64,000 nucleotides of DNA from a phage. The stretch is taken from sequence record PZ386967.1, one strand, 5' to 3'. A program made the translations under genes and the position numbers. The notes under the pieces were generated by a model. It searched no databases, was not told the origin of the DNA, and was given only the letters and a program-made list of their open reading frames with translations. This document shows, piece after piece, positions 9,435 through 18,572 of the stretch (the first letter of the stretch is position 1; each line of letters begins with the position of its first letter).

Positions 9435-10094
9435 ATGTCCTACTCCCTGAAGGGGTTGATGAAGCGCCCCGTCCACACATTCTTTAAACCACCCGTCGTA
9501 AAGGGGATCTACCCAGCACGAGGGCAAATCTACTACGTCAAAGGCTCCAATGGTAGCGGTAAATCCACTGTGCCGTCTCAGCTGGCGGAGAGGGATCCTC
9601 AGGCGTATGTCGTGACCCATAATGGCAAGGTCATGCTGACTGTCTGTCCTTCGTTCAACGTGGTCTGTATCGGTAAATATGACAAGTCGAAGTCCAAGGG
9701 GGTTGATTCCCTGAAGGACACTGAGCAGATGTTGTTCGCGTTGTCTATTGCTGACCAACCAGAATACTTGAAATATGATGTGATTTTCGAAGGTATCATT
9801 CCATCCACATTATTGAGTTCTTGGATCCCCCGTCTGACACGCCCACCACGTGAATTGGTTGTGCTCTTTATGGACACTCCTCTTGAAACGTGTATCACCC
9901 GCGTTAAATCACGTAACGGCGGTGTGGACTTCAATGAAAGTCTGGTGGTCGAGAAGTGGGAGAGAGTTCATGACCATCGTCAACGACATAAAGACTTGTT
10001 CCCTACGGTAGCTGCGGGTATGATGAAGTCTCACGGCCTAACGGTAGACCAGGCTGTGATGGCATTCCTCTGTCGTGATTTTGGGAGTATCTGA
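9435..10094 (+). CDS. P-loop kinase, polynucleotide-kinase (Pnk) kinase-domain-like, no phosphatase domain
   Basis: Walker A GSNGSGKST in a context resembling T4 Pnk N-terminus (remembered GCPGSGKST); ORF track start 9423 is TTG, ATG at 9435 has GGAG SD; stop overlaps next gene start. Confidence 0.5.
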   Translation: MSYSLKGLMKRPVHTFFKPPVVKGIYPARGQIYYVKGSNGSGKSTVPSQLAERDPQAYVVTHNGKVMLTVCPSFNVVCIGKYDKSKSKGVDSLKDTEQMLFALSIADQPEYLKYDVIFEGIIPSTLLSSWIPRLTRPPRELVVLFMDTPLETCITRVKSRNGGVDFNESLVVEKWERVHDHRQRHKDLFPTVAAGMMKSHGLTVDQAVMAFLCRDFGSI

Positions 10095-11140
10095 TGGAAA
10101 TCAAAGCAATTAACAACAATGACATGCTGAAGCAGGCTGTCTTGGCTATCCGTGAATTCGGGATCGAATCTGATCCTGGTAATGCTGAAATCAATACTGA
10201 TAGCACCCGCTTCCTTGATGGTGTGACTATCACTGTTTCCGATATTCGTGACCGCTGGCTCTCCGTTGAAGGTCGCAACTCATCGGCTATCGCTGCCATC
10301 GGCGAGACCTTCTGGGTGTTGTCAGGTCGCAACGACATAAAGTTCCTGTCACGCGTATTGCCTCGCGCTGCTAACTTTTCGGATGATGGGGTAACATGGC
10401 GAGCTGCTTATGGTCCGCGTCTGTACGCCCATGGCCAGCTGGATAGCGTTATCAACCGCCTGCGCAAGAACCCAAACACTCGTCAGGCGTACCTCACCAT
10501 CTATGACCCGGCTCTAGATTCGGATGCTGGTCTGGCGAAGTTCAGCGAGAGCGGCGAAGCAAAGACTAAAGACATGGTGTGTAACCTGGCTCTGTTGTTC
10601 GCCATCGTTGAAGGTCGTCTGAACCTGACGGTCATCAATCGCTCACAGGATGTTCTGTGGGGGATGAGTTCAATCAACTTCATTGAGTTCTCTATTCTTC
10701 AGGAAGTGATTGCTCGGGTGTTAGATGTTGATGTCGGTCAGTACAAGCTCTTCTCCAACAATCTTCATTACTACAACAATGAAGTCAGCCAGAAGCAGCT
10801 GGGAAAGATCACGAAGGACACCAAAGTAGAAGCTGGGTTCATCAACACCATGATTCACTTCACGAACGTGACCAACCAGAACCATATCCGCAATCTGTTC
10901 ACTGGTGTGCTTCATCACTGTGATATCGGTAGCCCGTGGGAAACTGTGGTTGCTCACCTGAAGGAATACGATGCGGATCGCGGCCTGATTGTACAGATGG
11001 CGTACTGTCTGCACTGCAAACTGAACGAAAAGCTCATTAACCTGGACCTGATTCAGGATCATGGCTTGAACACCGCGCTCACCCATTCTCCGGTTGACCG
11101 CAAGATCGTTGATCCTAAGTTCCTGGAAGGTGTAGTATGA
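10094..11140 (+). CDS. thymidylate-synthase-fold pyrimidine hydroxymethylase / TS homolog with about 100-aa C-terminal extension
   Basis: ETFWVLSGRNDIKFL, WRAAYGPRLY, RQAYLTIYDP, catalytic Cys in MVCNLALLF, NRSQDVLWGMSSINF align to conserved ThyA blocks; Asn retained at the base-specificity position (uracil-type). Confidence 0.6.
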   Translation: MEIKAINNNDMLKQAVLAIREFGIESDPGNAEINTDSTRFLDGVTITVSDIRDRWLSVEGRNSSAIAAIGETFWVLSGRNDIKFLSRVLPRAANFSDDGVTWRAAYGPRLYAHGQLDSVINRLRKNPNTRQAYLTIYDPALDSDAGLAKFSESGEAKTKDMVCNLALLFAIVEGRLNLTVINRSQDVLWGMSSINFIEFSILQEVIARVLDVDVGQYKLFSNNLHYYNNEVSQKQLGKITKDTKVEAGFINTMIHFTNVTNQNHIRNLFTGVLHHCDIGSPWETVVAHLKEYDADRGLIVQMAYCLHCKLNEKLINLDLIQDHGLNTALTHSPVDRKIVDPKFLEGVV

Positions 11141-11706
11141 TGTACCCAAATCTTGAATTCTTTACGGGGCGCAAACGCTCCGGTAAGGACTTCTGTTTGG
11201 AGTCCCTCATCAGCTATCACCAACTACAGGGTGATATGGACATCCAGCGCCTTTCGTTCTCAGATGAACTGCGCCGTGTGGCCAACTACATCTACCCATG
11301 GCTGCCAGCGGAGGTAGAGGATGCCGTGAAGGACGTTCCTTACGTGCACCCTGATAACCCCAAGGGCTTAACTCCACGGCAGATCTGGCTTCATCTGGGC
11401 AGCGATACGGGCTTGCGTTACGTACAGCCTGATCTGTTCCTGGCATTCTTCAAGCGCTTCCAGCTTCCTCTGGTAGAGCAGAACCCCCACGTCCATTATA
11501 TCGTGAGTGATCTGCGTACCCCTCAGGAATATGAATGGGCGCTGAGTACGAAATGTCCTATCACCCGTATTTCAAAGGCCGACCGTGCTGGTATCATAGA
11601 GGACGATATAGAGGCTTTCATTGACCAAATGAAAGTGGACTACGAATTCCTCAATCCATTTGATGGTTGGGAACCGTTCGTTAAATTCTACGGAGAACGT
11701 AAATGA
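11137..11706 (+). CDS. 1: deoxynucleoside monophosphate kinase (T4 gp1-like)
   Basis: FTGRKRSGKDF matches remembered gp1 N-terminal SGVKRSGKD P-loop; translationally coupled to flanking genes. Confidence 0.55.
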   Translation: MMYPNLEFFTGRKRSGKDFCLESLISYHQLQGDMDIQRLSFSDELRRVANYIYPWLPAEVEDAVKDVPYVHPDNPKGLTPRQIWLHLGSDTGLRYVQPDLFLAFFKRFQLPLVEQNPHVHYIVSDLRTPQEYEWALSTKCPITRISKADRAGIIEDDIEAFIDQMKVDYEFLNPFDGWEPFVKFYGERK

Positions 11707-12257
11707 TCACAGCAGGACATATCAAAAGCCTGCTCGAACTCCAAAAGGCCACCAACGTGGCCTATTTTGGGGAAGAGTGGAAGAATGTATGGAGTCAGAA
11801 CGCAGTCATCAACTCTATCTATCGTGAGTGGGCAGAGTTCCTTGATGAAACCACCCGTGACTGGAAGGTCTATGGCAACGACATCAGGTTTGACCATACG
11901 AACGCAGTTTATGAACTGGTGGACGTGGTACACTTCATGTTGTGCTTCATCCTTGTGGACCGCACCAAAGGTGAGATCGAAGAAGAATTTGAAGTCCTTA
12001 GCAATCGCGAATTCACCCCATCTGCTTTGGGTGTTGTAGGGCATCGCAATGTTACGTACCGCCTTGGGCAATTCATGAACGATCCTTGCGTTGAGACTCT
12101 CATGTTCTTCCTGTCGTCTGCGTGTTCTTATATGGAGATCGACATTGAGACTTACATGCTGGCACACAAACGCAAGAACGATCGCAATCGTCTGCGTGCT
12201 TCTGGTGGTGTGGATTACGACAAGTCCGCAGAAACCCCTCTGACCCTGGAGTTCTAA
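11703..12257 (+). CDS. 56: all-alpha dNTP pyrophosphohydrolase (T4 gp56 dCTPase/dUTPase-like)
   Basis: EWAEFLDETTRDW and ELVDVVHFMLCFIL resemble the dimeric dUTPase/MazG metal-binding helices. Confidence 0.5.
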   Translation: MITAGHIKSLLELQKATNVAYFGEEWKNVWSQNAVINSIYREWAEFLDETTRDWKVYGNDIRFDHTNAVYELVDVVHFMLCFILVDRTKGEIEEEFEVLSNREFTPSALGVVGHRNVTYRLGQFMNDPCVETLMFFLSSACSYMEIDIETYMLAHKRKNDRNRLRASGGVDYDKSAETPLTLEF

Positions 12258-12799
12258 TGTTTACAGTCGTCGTTTCATACCATGCGGAGAACGCTGCTCA
12301 GGCATCCTCCAAATTCGCCGAGCACATCATCGGCGGCGGCCATAATGTATTCCTTACCGAATACAACAGGCCTGTTAAACCGGGCGACGGTCTTTCGGCG
12401 ACTGTTACGCATAAGATCGCCAGCGAGCAACCAGAGTCTCTGTTCAGAATGATCGAAGAGTATGCCAGTGGTGGCATCAAGATACCAGATGAACTGGTAG
12501 ACGTCTATTTCGAAGGCTCGATCTATTACATCCACGCTATGCCAAAGGATATAACCATTGAACAGATGATGTATATCCTGAATATAGCACTGAACACTGC
12601 GTGCATCAACCGCACGAACTACAACAATCTGCGCAATATGTACCTAACCGACCGGCATAATGACGCATCGTCACTTGTTGAGACAATGTCCCTGAAGAGC
12701 ATCCAAGAGGCGGTTAACATTTTGTCCCAGAAGGTTATGGGTGTAGACTTACTAACGACGATTAACAACAAAGAGGAAGTGAAATGGCCAGTTCATTAA
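12257..12799 (+). CDS. hypothetical protein
   Basis: 180-aa ORF between pyrophosphatase and uvsX; overlaps uvsX start by 16 nt. Confidence 0.4.
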   Translation: MFTVVVSYHAENAAQASSKFAEHIIGGGHNVFLTEYNRPVKPGDGLSATVTHKIASEQPESLFRMIEEYASGGIKIPDELVDVYFEGSIYYIHAMPKDITIEQMMYILNIALNTACINRTNYNNLRNMYLTDRHNDASSLVETMSLKSIQEAVNILSQKVMGVDLLTTINNKEEVKWPVH

Positions 12800-13869
12800 T
12801 GGACCGCATGCTGAAGGTTGCTAAGAAACACGATGACCAGGCTTCAGTGCTGTCCCAATCAGACGCTCTGGAACCGTCTATCATCTGTTCTACTGGTATT
12901 CCCCTGATCGACATCGCATGGTCTGGGCGTATTGACGGCGGTCTGATCTCCGGTATCAAGATGATGGTGGGTGATTCCCGTACCTTCAAAACGATGTTCG
13001 GCCTGGTCGATGTCAAGGCGTACATGGACAAGTTCCCTGATGCTATCTGCGTCTTTGCGGACTCAGAAAAGGGTGCCAACGCAGATTACTGGACCTCTAT
13101 GGATATTGACATGGACCGCGTCCTGTACGTACCGATCGACAACGTTGAACAGACCAAGATCCGCTTGCTACAGATCCTACAGGAAGTCAAGAAAGGCGAC
13201 CATGTTATTGTCTTCATCGACTCTATCAGCCAACTTCCCTCCACCAAGGAAGTTGAAGATGCGATCAAAGGGAACGACACTCAAGACATGACCCGCGCCC
13301 GTGCCCTCAACAGCTTCTGGCGTGTCATGACTCCTGAAATCAACAGCAAAAATCTCGTGTGTGTTTGGATCAACTCCTATTACGATGAGATCGGCAACCA
13401 GTATGCCGAGCCCAACATCAAAGGCGGCAAGCAGGGCTTCTTATCCTCCAACTTGATCTGGTTTATCACCCGTTCTCAGGTGAAGGAAGACAAAGATCTG
13501 CTGGGCTGGAACTTCAACATAAGCATCATGAAAGGTCGCCATGTCAAAGAGAAAGCCAAGCTCCCTGTGACGGTACTGTACAACGGTGGTATTGATCGCT
13601 GGAGCGGCCTGCTTGAGATCGCTCGTGCTCTGGGTTATGTTGATATGCCGTCTTCCGGCTGGTATGTGCGTACAGCCAAGGGTGGTTTCGATCCTGAGAA
13701 GGAAAAGAAATATCAGAAGCGTCAGATGGGTGATGATTTCTGGTATCCGCTGCTGGAGAATGTCAACTTCGCCGATGACGTGAAGAAAATGTTCGGTGTT
13801 TCTAACGGTACTGTTATGCCTGCTAACATGCTGGAGCAAATGGACCATGTTATTAACACAAGCGAATAA
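12784..13869 (+). CDS. uvsX: UvsX recombinase (RecA-like)
   Basis: RecA-fold blocks GIPLIDIAWSG, VIVFIDSISQL; size 361 aa; GAGGAAG SD; positioned before gp41 as in T4. Confidence 0.85.
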   Translation: MASSLMDRMLKVAKKHDDQASVLSQSDALEPSIICSTGIPLIDIAWSGRIDGGLISGIKMMVGDSRTFKTMFGLVDVKAYMDKFPDAICVFADSEKGANADYWTSMDIDMDRVLYVPIDNVEQTKIRLLQILQEVKKGDHVIVFIDSISQLPSTKEVEDAIKGNDTQDMTRARALNSFWRVMTPEINSKNLVCVWINSYYDEIGNQYAEPNIKGGKQGFLSSNLIWFITRSQVKEDKDLLGWNFNISIMKGRHVKEKAKLPVTVLYNGGIDRWSGLLEIARALGYVDMPSSGWYVRTAKGGFDPEKEKKYQKRQMGDDFWYPLLENVNFADDVKKMFGVSNGTVMPANMLEQMDHVINTSE

Positions 13870-14176
13870 TAGTGGAGGGGGAGGAGACTCCCCCAATAAC
13901 TACACAATCATCGACCCTGGTGCTGATCAGCTGGCGATCATCAAGATCACTTCTGGCAAATTCCGTGGTGTTCAATTCCGGTTCGGCAAGGTGGCTATTA
14001 ACGAAGTGGACGGCGAACCCCGCCTGTCTTTCGTGACTGATATATTGAAGAAACCATTGCGTCTGATGTTTGTGAATTTGAAAGAAAATGACTTGTTCAC
14101 TGAGGTATCAGGGGATATCCTTGTAGACCTCATGCAGCGTAATGCTCAGGAATATAATAAATTTTTGGTGGGGTAG
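13847..14176 (+). CDS. hypothetical protein (start uncertain), between uvsX and gp41
   Basis: ORF track 13796..14176 starts at GTG inside uvsX; first ATG in frame is 13847 (GGAG 11 nt upstream), overlapping the uvsX 3' end. A GC hairpin (13876-13897) lies inside the 5' region. Confidence 0.3.
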   Translation: MLLTQANNSGGGGDSPNNYTIIDPGADQLAIIKITSGKFRGVQFRFGKVAINEVDGEPRLSFVTDILKKPLRLMFVNLKENDLFTEVSGDILVDLMQRNAQEYNKFLVG

Positions 14177-14182
14177 TGGCCA

Positions 14183-15607
14183 ATGTTACTCGAATCTGTC
14201 GTGCTTTCACAGTTGATTTACAATGAAGATTACCAAAGAAAGATCCTGCCGTACCTGAAAGCCGATTATTTTGACAACGAAGGCGAAAAGGTCATCTTTG
14301 GCCTGATTGACAGTTATACCTCAGAGTACAATGCCCGCCCGTCTGTCGAAGCACTATCTATCATTCTTGAACGGACAAAGTTGAACGAATATGTGTTTGA
14401 CCAGGCAGTGACTGCCCTGGAGAACATCAACGACAACACCTTCAATGAAGAGTGGCTGGCGAAGGAAACCGAGGCTTGGGCGCGGCAAAAAGCCGTACAC
14501 AACGCAATCAAGACCGCCGTCAACATCTACGGTGACGAGAAGCGCAAGGACGAGATGAACAACATCCCGACCATGTTGCAGGAAGCCCTGGCTATCCGGT
14601 TTGATTCATACCTCGGTCACATCTATTGGGAGATGGCGGCAGAGCAGTATGACCACATGAACTCCAACGAGGCCAAGATCCCGTTCGCAGTTGAGATCTT
14701 CAATAAGGCGACACGTGGTGGCGTTGGTAAGAAGACACTGAACATCGTAACAGGTGCGATCAACGCAGGTAAGACCACAACGCTGATTGACCTGACCGCA
14801 GGGTACTCGGAGCAGGGGCTGAACGTCTTTGTCTTCACCCTTGAAGTGGCCGAGAACGTCTGGCGACACCGTCTTGATGCCCGTATCATGCGTCGCGACT
14901 TTGAGTCTTTAGAGAAACTCACAAGGCACGAGTATATTGCAACGATAGAGAAGCTCCGCAGTCGCCAAGATGGTGCGCCCAAGGGTGATATCGTCATCAA
15001 GGAATATCCTTCTGGTACTGGACACACGGGTTTATTCCGCCGCGATATCCTTGAGTACATCCAGGCAACAGGTCGTGCTCCTGATGTTATCGTTATTGAC
15101 TATCTTGGCGAAGCTGCTTCCTCGCGCCTGCCTTCCCACCTGATGCAGAACACGAACGTCTATTACACGTCTGTGGCTCGTGAGTTTCGTGCGCTGGGAT
15201 TTGAGTTTGATGTCCCTGTATGGACTGGTATGCAGTTCAATCGTGAGAATCAGAATAGCACTGATGGTGGAATCAGTGATCTGGCAGATGCTATCGGTAT
15301 TCCGAAGGTGGCCGACTTCATCATGGCATTCTATGCTCCTGACGAACTGGCGGCGGTCAAGAAAGCCCGAGCCTCAATACTCAAGAACCGTTATGCCAAC
15401 AAGCAGAAGCTGAAGTCATTCCTGTTTGGTATGGACCAAGACAAACAGATCCTGTTTGACCTGGACTGGAACGAAGTTAAGAAGGATCTGACTGAGGCTG
15501 AGGCCAAATATGTCGAAAACGTACACATCAAACATGACCTCAACAAGTCCGGGGCTGCTGCCAGCGATGAGCAGAAAGCCCAAACAGTCAATAATTGGAA
15601 ATTCTAG
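14183..15607 (+). CDS. 41: replicative DNA helicase (T4 gp41, DnaB-like)
   Basis: Walker A GAINAGKTT, DnaB-like C-terminal RecA fold, 474 aa. Confidence 0.85.
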   Translation: MLLESVVLSQLIYNEDYQRKILPYLKADYFDNEGEKVIFGLIDSYTSEYNARPSVEALSIILERTKLNEYVFDQAVTALENINDNTFNEEWLAKETEAWARQKAVHNAIKTAVNIYGDEKRKDEMNNIPTMLQEALAIRFDSYLGHIYWEMAAEQYDHMNSNEAKIPFAVEIFNKATRGGVGKKTLNIVTGAINAGKTTTLIDLTAGYSEQGLNVFVFTLEVAENVWRHRLDARIMRRDFESLEKLTRHEYIATIEKLRSRQDGAPKGDIVIKEYPSGTGHTGLFRRDILEYIQATGRAPDVIVIDYLGEAASSRLPSHLMQNTNVYYTSVAREFRALGFEFDVPVWTGMQFNRENQNSTDGGISDLADAIGIPKVADFIMAFYAPDELAAVKKARASILKNRYANKQKLKSFLFGMDQDKQILFDLDWNEVKKDLTEAEAKYVENVHIKHDLNKSGAAASDEQKAQTVNNWKF

Positions 15608-15611
15608 GCAA

Positions 15612-15639
15612 TTCAATAAAGCGGGTCATAGGGTATAAT
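15612..15639 (+). promoter_or_regulatory. TTCAAT-box / TATAAT promoter with -10 in hairpin loop (TCATAG-GGTATAATT-CTATGA)
   Basis: TTCAAT 15612-15617, 16-nt spacer, TATAAT 15634-15639; upstream of 15672. Confidence 0.45.
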
Positions 15640-15671
15640 TCTATGATCTGAATGTAAACCAGGAGCACATC

Positions 15672-16007
15672 ATGTCACACAATGATTTTATGGCTGGCCT
15701 GGTGCAGGCCGCCAAACAGGTGTGCCACACCAAACAAGCGATTGAGCTGAGTCCGGAGCAGACTCTGGAGTTCTTCAACAATCGTAAAATCTGGGAGGAA
15801 TATGGAATTGGTATGATATGCCAAGAGGGTGAACTCGTACAGCTGGATCTGCCGTCATTCCCCCTTCCAGTGCGCACTAACACAGTGGAATGGTATACGA
15901 CGGAAGATGGTGTAGAGATCATCCCGAAGTTCCAGTATCACTCCATCGTAAACTTCTTTTTACGCCGTTGCGGGACTAATCTGATCCCACAAGGTATGAG
16001 ATCCTAA
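15672..16007 (+). CDS. hypothetical protein
   Basis: 111-aa ORF. Confidence 0.35.
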   Translation: MSHNDFMAGLVQAAKQVCHTKQAIELSPEQTLEFFNNRKIWEEYGIGMICQEGELVQLDLPSFPLPVRTNTVEWYTTEDGVEIIPKFQYHSIVNFFLRRCGTNLIPQGMRS

Positions 16008-16022
16008 CAAGAGGAACACCAA

Positions 16023-16337
16023 ATGTCTGTAGAACAAATCGGTTTTTATGTACTACCTTCTGATCCTGAATCCCGTCGCAAGCTGATAGGTGCGATTGAA
16101 AACTGTCGTGCCGCCCAGGTCCGCATCAAGTCGGAACAGACTTTCATTACTGAGACTCTGGCCGAGCTGGCGAAAGAGACGGGCATCAAGGCCAGCGACC
16201 TGCGCAAGGTTGTATCCGACCGCGCCAATGGAACTTACCATAAGACGATCGAAACGAGCGAGAAATATCAAGACTTGTACGAGTCTCTATTCCCGAACGC
16301 CAAGCCCGATCGAGATCCGAATGCCAGTGGCGAATAA
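16023..16337 (+). CDS. hypothetical protein
   Basis: 104-aa ORF. Confidence 0.35.
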   Translation: MSVEQIGFYVLPSDPESRRKLIGAIENCRAAQVRIKSEQTFITETLAELAKETGIKASDLRKVVSDRANGTYHKTIETSEKYQDLYESLFPNAKPDRDPNASGE

Positions 16338-16464
16338 GTCAATAGAACACCAAGAAGCCCAGTCAAGTACTGGGCTTTTTAACTTCAATAACTTTACTTT
16401 CAAGAAATAATCGCCTAATATTTAATCTGTATTGAAGAGTTACAACTACATCATGAGGCTGGAA

Positions 16465-17658
16465 ATGAACGTCAAAACATTCAATATTCCGATCGACAAT
16501 GAAGGGTTGGTAGTTGAGCGACTGAAGAAGCTCGAGCGCACTGCCGAAAGGTTGGGTGTTCCGTTTCCGACTGTGACTTATGGTGAACCCTTCAAAACCC
16601 ACACCCGCGACTTCACTGGTGAGATCCTTACTCACTGGTGGAAACCTGTTACTCTCGAAGGCGAAGGCATTGACCGCCCCGTCTCTTATGGTGGCTGGAA
16701 GATCATCGGTCAGTTCAATCACGAATATCCAAAGGTTATTCTTAACCGCCTGTCCGACAACATCAATCCTGACTTCATCCGTCACTTCGAGACAGAGAAC
16801 GTCTCTTGGTGTCAGCATTGCAATCTAGTCATCCGTCGCAAGAACACGTATGTGATTGAAAATGAGGAAACGCATACCCAGATGCTGATTGGTAGCACCT
16901 GTATGCATCATTATGTGCCTCATCAGAAGTCCCTTGACGCGATTATGTCTTACTATCTGGAAATCCAAGAGTTCTTCATGCCAGACGAGGACGACCCAGA
17001 GGGTATATATCGCGTCCAAAATGAGCGCTTCGTCGACACCCACAGTTTCCTGCGCGCATGCTTCCAGGTGATGCTAGCAGGCGTGGATATCAAGTCTGAA
17101 CTGTTTGACAAAGTACTGGGCTATGTCCGGTCTCATCAGAAACCAAAAGCAGGTTCCGATGAAGAGTATTTCGTAAACAAGGCACACGAATACCGTGAAG
17201 ATGCCGAGTCGGAAATGTACCATATGAAGCTTTTCATCAGTGCGCTGTCCGAATCTAATGAGTTCAATGTTCGCCTGAAACGCATGTGTGAACCCGGCTA
17301 TCACCTCATCAAGGATAACAACACAGTCCGCTGGGGTGCCAAGAAGTATTACGATTACATCCATCGTCCTCGTACTGACCGCAAGGCGGAGAACAAATGG
17401 GTGGGTGAAGTCGGTGAAATGCTGGAAGTGCAAGTCAGGTTCGACAAGCGCACCTTCCTCTTCTCCAATGAATATGGTGATAGCTACCTGTTTACTTTCA
17501 AAACAGCAGAAGGCAATACAATTACCTGGAAGACCTCTTATATGGATACAGAGTTCTTGCAGGGTGATATGATCATCCGTGGTCGTGTTAAAGAACTGAC
17601 TGAGTACAACGGCGTTAAACAAACTCAGGTCACCAGAGCTAAATTGAGGAAGTTATGA
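16465..17658 (+). CDS. hypothetical protein with Cys/His cluster (CQHCN...CMHH)
   Basis: ORF track 16432..17658 (TTG); ATG at 16465 has GAGG SD. Occupies the position where T4 has primase gp61, but no clear TOPRIM motifs were recognised. Confidence 0.4.
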   Translation: MNVKTFNIPIDNEGLVVERLKKLERTAERLGVPFPTVTYGEPFKTHTRDFTGEILTHWWKPVTLEGEGIDRPVSYGGWKIIGQFNHEYPKVILNRLSDNINPDFIRHFETENVSWCQHCNLVIRRKNTYVIENEETHTQMLIGSTCMHHYVPHQKSLDAIMSYYLEIQEFFMPDEDDPEGIYRVQNERFVDTHSFLRACFQVMLAGVDIKSELFDKVLGYVRSHQKPKAGSDEEYFVNKAHEYREDAESEMYHMKLFISALSESNEFNVRLKRMCEPGYHLIKDNNTVRWGAKKYYDYIHRPRTDRKAENKWVGEVGEMLEVQVRFDKRTFLFSNEYGDSYLFTFKTAEGNTITWKTSYMDTEFLQGDMIIRGRVKELTEYNGVKQTQVTRAKLRKL

Positions 17659-17767
17659 ATTTGATTGAGTTTGTTCTGAAGTCGTTCGCCTTCGGTCTGA
17701 TAGCATGTGGGATGATTACAGCTATGCTTCTCATCATAGCCCTGGTCATCCCCTTTAAGAGGAAACG

Positions 17768-17983
17768 TTGATGGAATGTTCATGCGGAGGGCAGGGCACA
17801 AGTGCTTACCTGCCATTCACCACTGTGAAGGAAGCCGAAGCCGCTGGATTTGCCGTGGACAAGGCTCCCTGTGTAATCGCCACGAAGGATTGCCCGTGCT
17901 GTAAGAGGCACTCTCAGGACGTCTTCTACGCTCCTGATGCGCGTCCGGCTACGGTCAACCTACTCTCATTGATGAGGAAGTGA
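17768..17983 (+). CDS. small Cys-rich protein (hypothetical)
   Basis: 71 aa with CSCGG...CPCC. Confidence 0.3.
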   Translation: MMECSCGGQGTSAYLPFTTVKEAEAAGFAVDKAPCVIATKDCPCCKRHSQDVFYAPDARPATVNLLSLMRK

Positions 17984-18160
17984 CATGCGCAAGTATTTCA
18001 ACTGGCTGTTGGCAAGCCCCTGAGCACCGAAATCCGTTGTCTGATAGATGCGATCGATGTTGAAATGGAATGGCGAGCGCCGGATTAATCGCACAAAGGC
18101 TCAGGCCGAAATTAAAATCGTGAAGAAGTCCACAAGGCTCTGGGTTTCATAACAAATAAT

Positions 18161-18186
18161 TCAATAAACTATTCACCCATATAATA
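18161..18186 (+). promoter_or_regulatory. TTCAAT-box / TATAAT promoter upstream of 18214
   Basis: AATTCAATAAAC, 14-nt spacer, TATAAT; GAAGGAA SD before ATG at 18214. Confidence 0.45.
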
Positions 18187-18213
18187 CATGGGAACTTACA
18201 GAAGGAACAGACC

Positions 18214-18555
18214 ATGACTACACTCGTAGAAACATTATTCCCAGGCTGCGTGCTTGGGCGCGGTGGATCCGAAGCCAACGGGCTACCGATTGACGTCGAA
18301 CCTCAGAACTGTGTTATTGTTGACAAGTTTCACGACAACCACTATGCCCTGAACAATCGTCGTGACCACTATCTTGTTTCCGTAGGAGATTCTTTGGTCA
18401 GTCTGCGCATCTGCAAGGCTATGCCAGGATCCGGCTATGGAGCATTCGCCTATATTCACAGCGTGTCAAATGACAAGCTGGGTAAAGAAGCCCTGGTTGA
18501 AAAATTCAAGAGTTGGAAGGATTCTTTCACCTCAATTGAACCCCCGAAGAAATAA
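18214..18555 (+). CDS. hypothetical protein
   Basis: 113-aa ORF. Confidence 0.4.
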   Translation: MTTLVETLFPGCVLGRGGSEANGLPIDVEPQNCVIVDKFHDNHYALNNRRDHYLVSVGDSLVSLRICKAMPGSGYGAFAYIHSVSNDKLGKEALVEKFKSWKDSFTSIEPPKK

Positions 18556-18572
18556 CTGAGGACTACACACTG

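Noticed and set aside
18000-18110. 33-aa ORF (MRSMLKWNGERRINRTKAQAEIKIVKKSTRLWVS) in the intergenic region before 18214
   Set aside because: No ribosome-binding site and very short; more likely untranslated leader or regulatory sequence.
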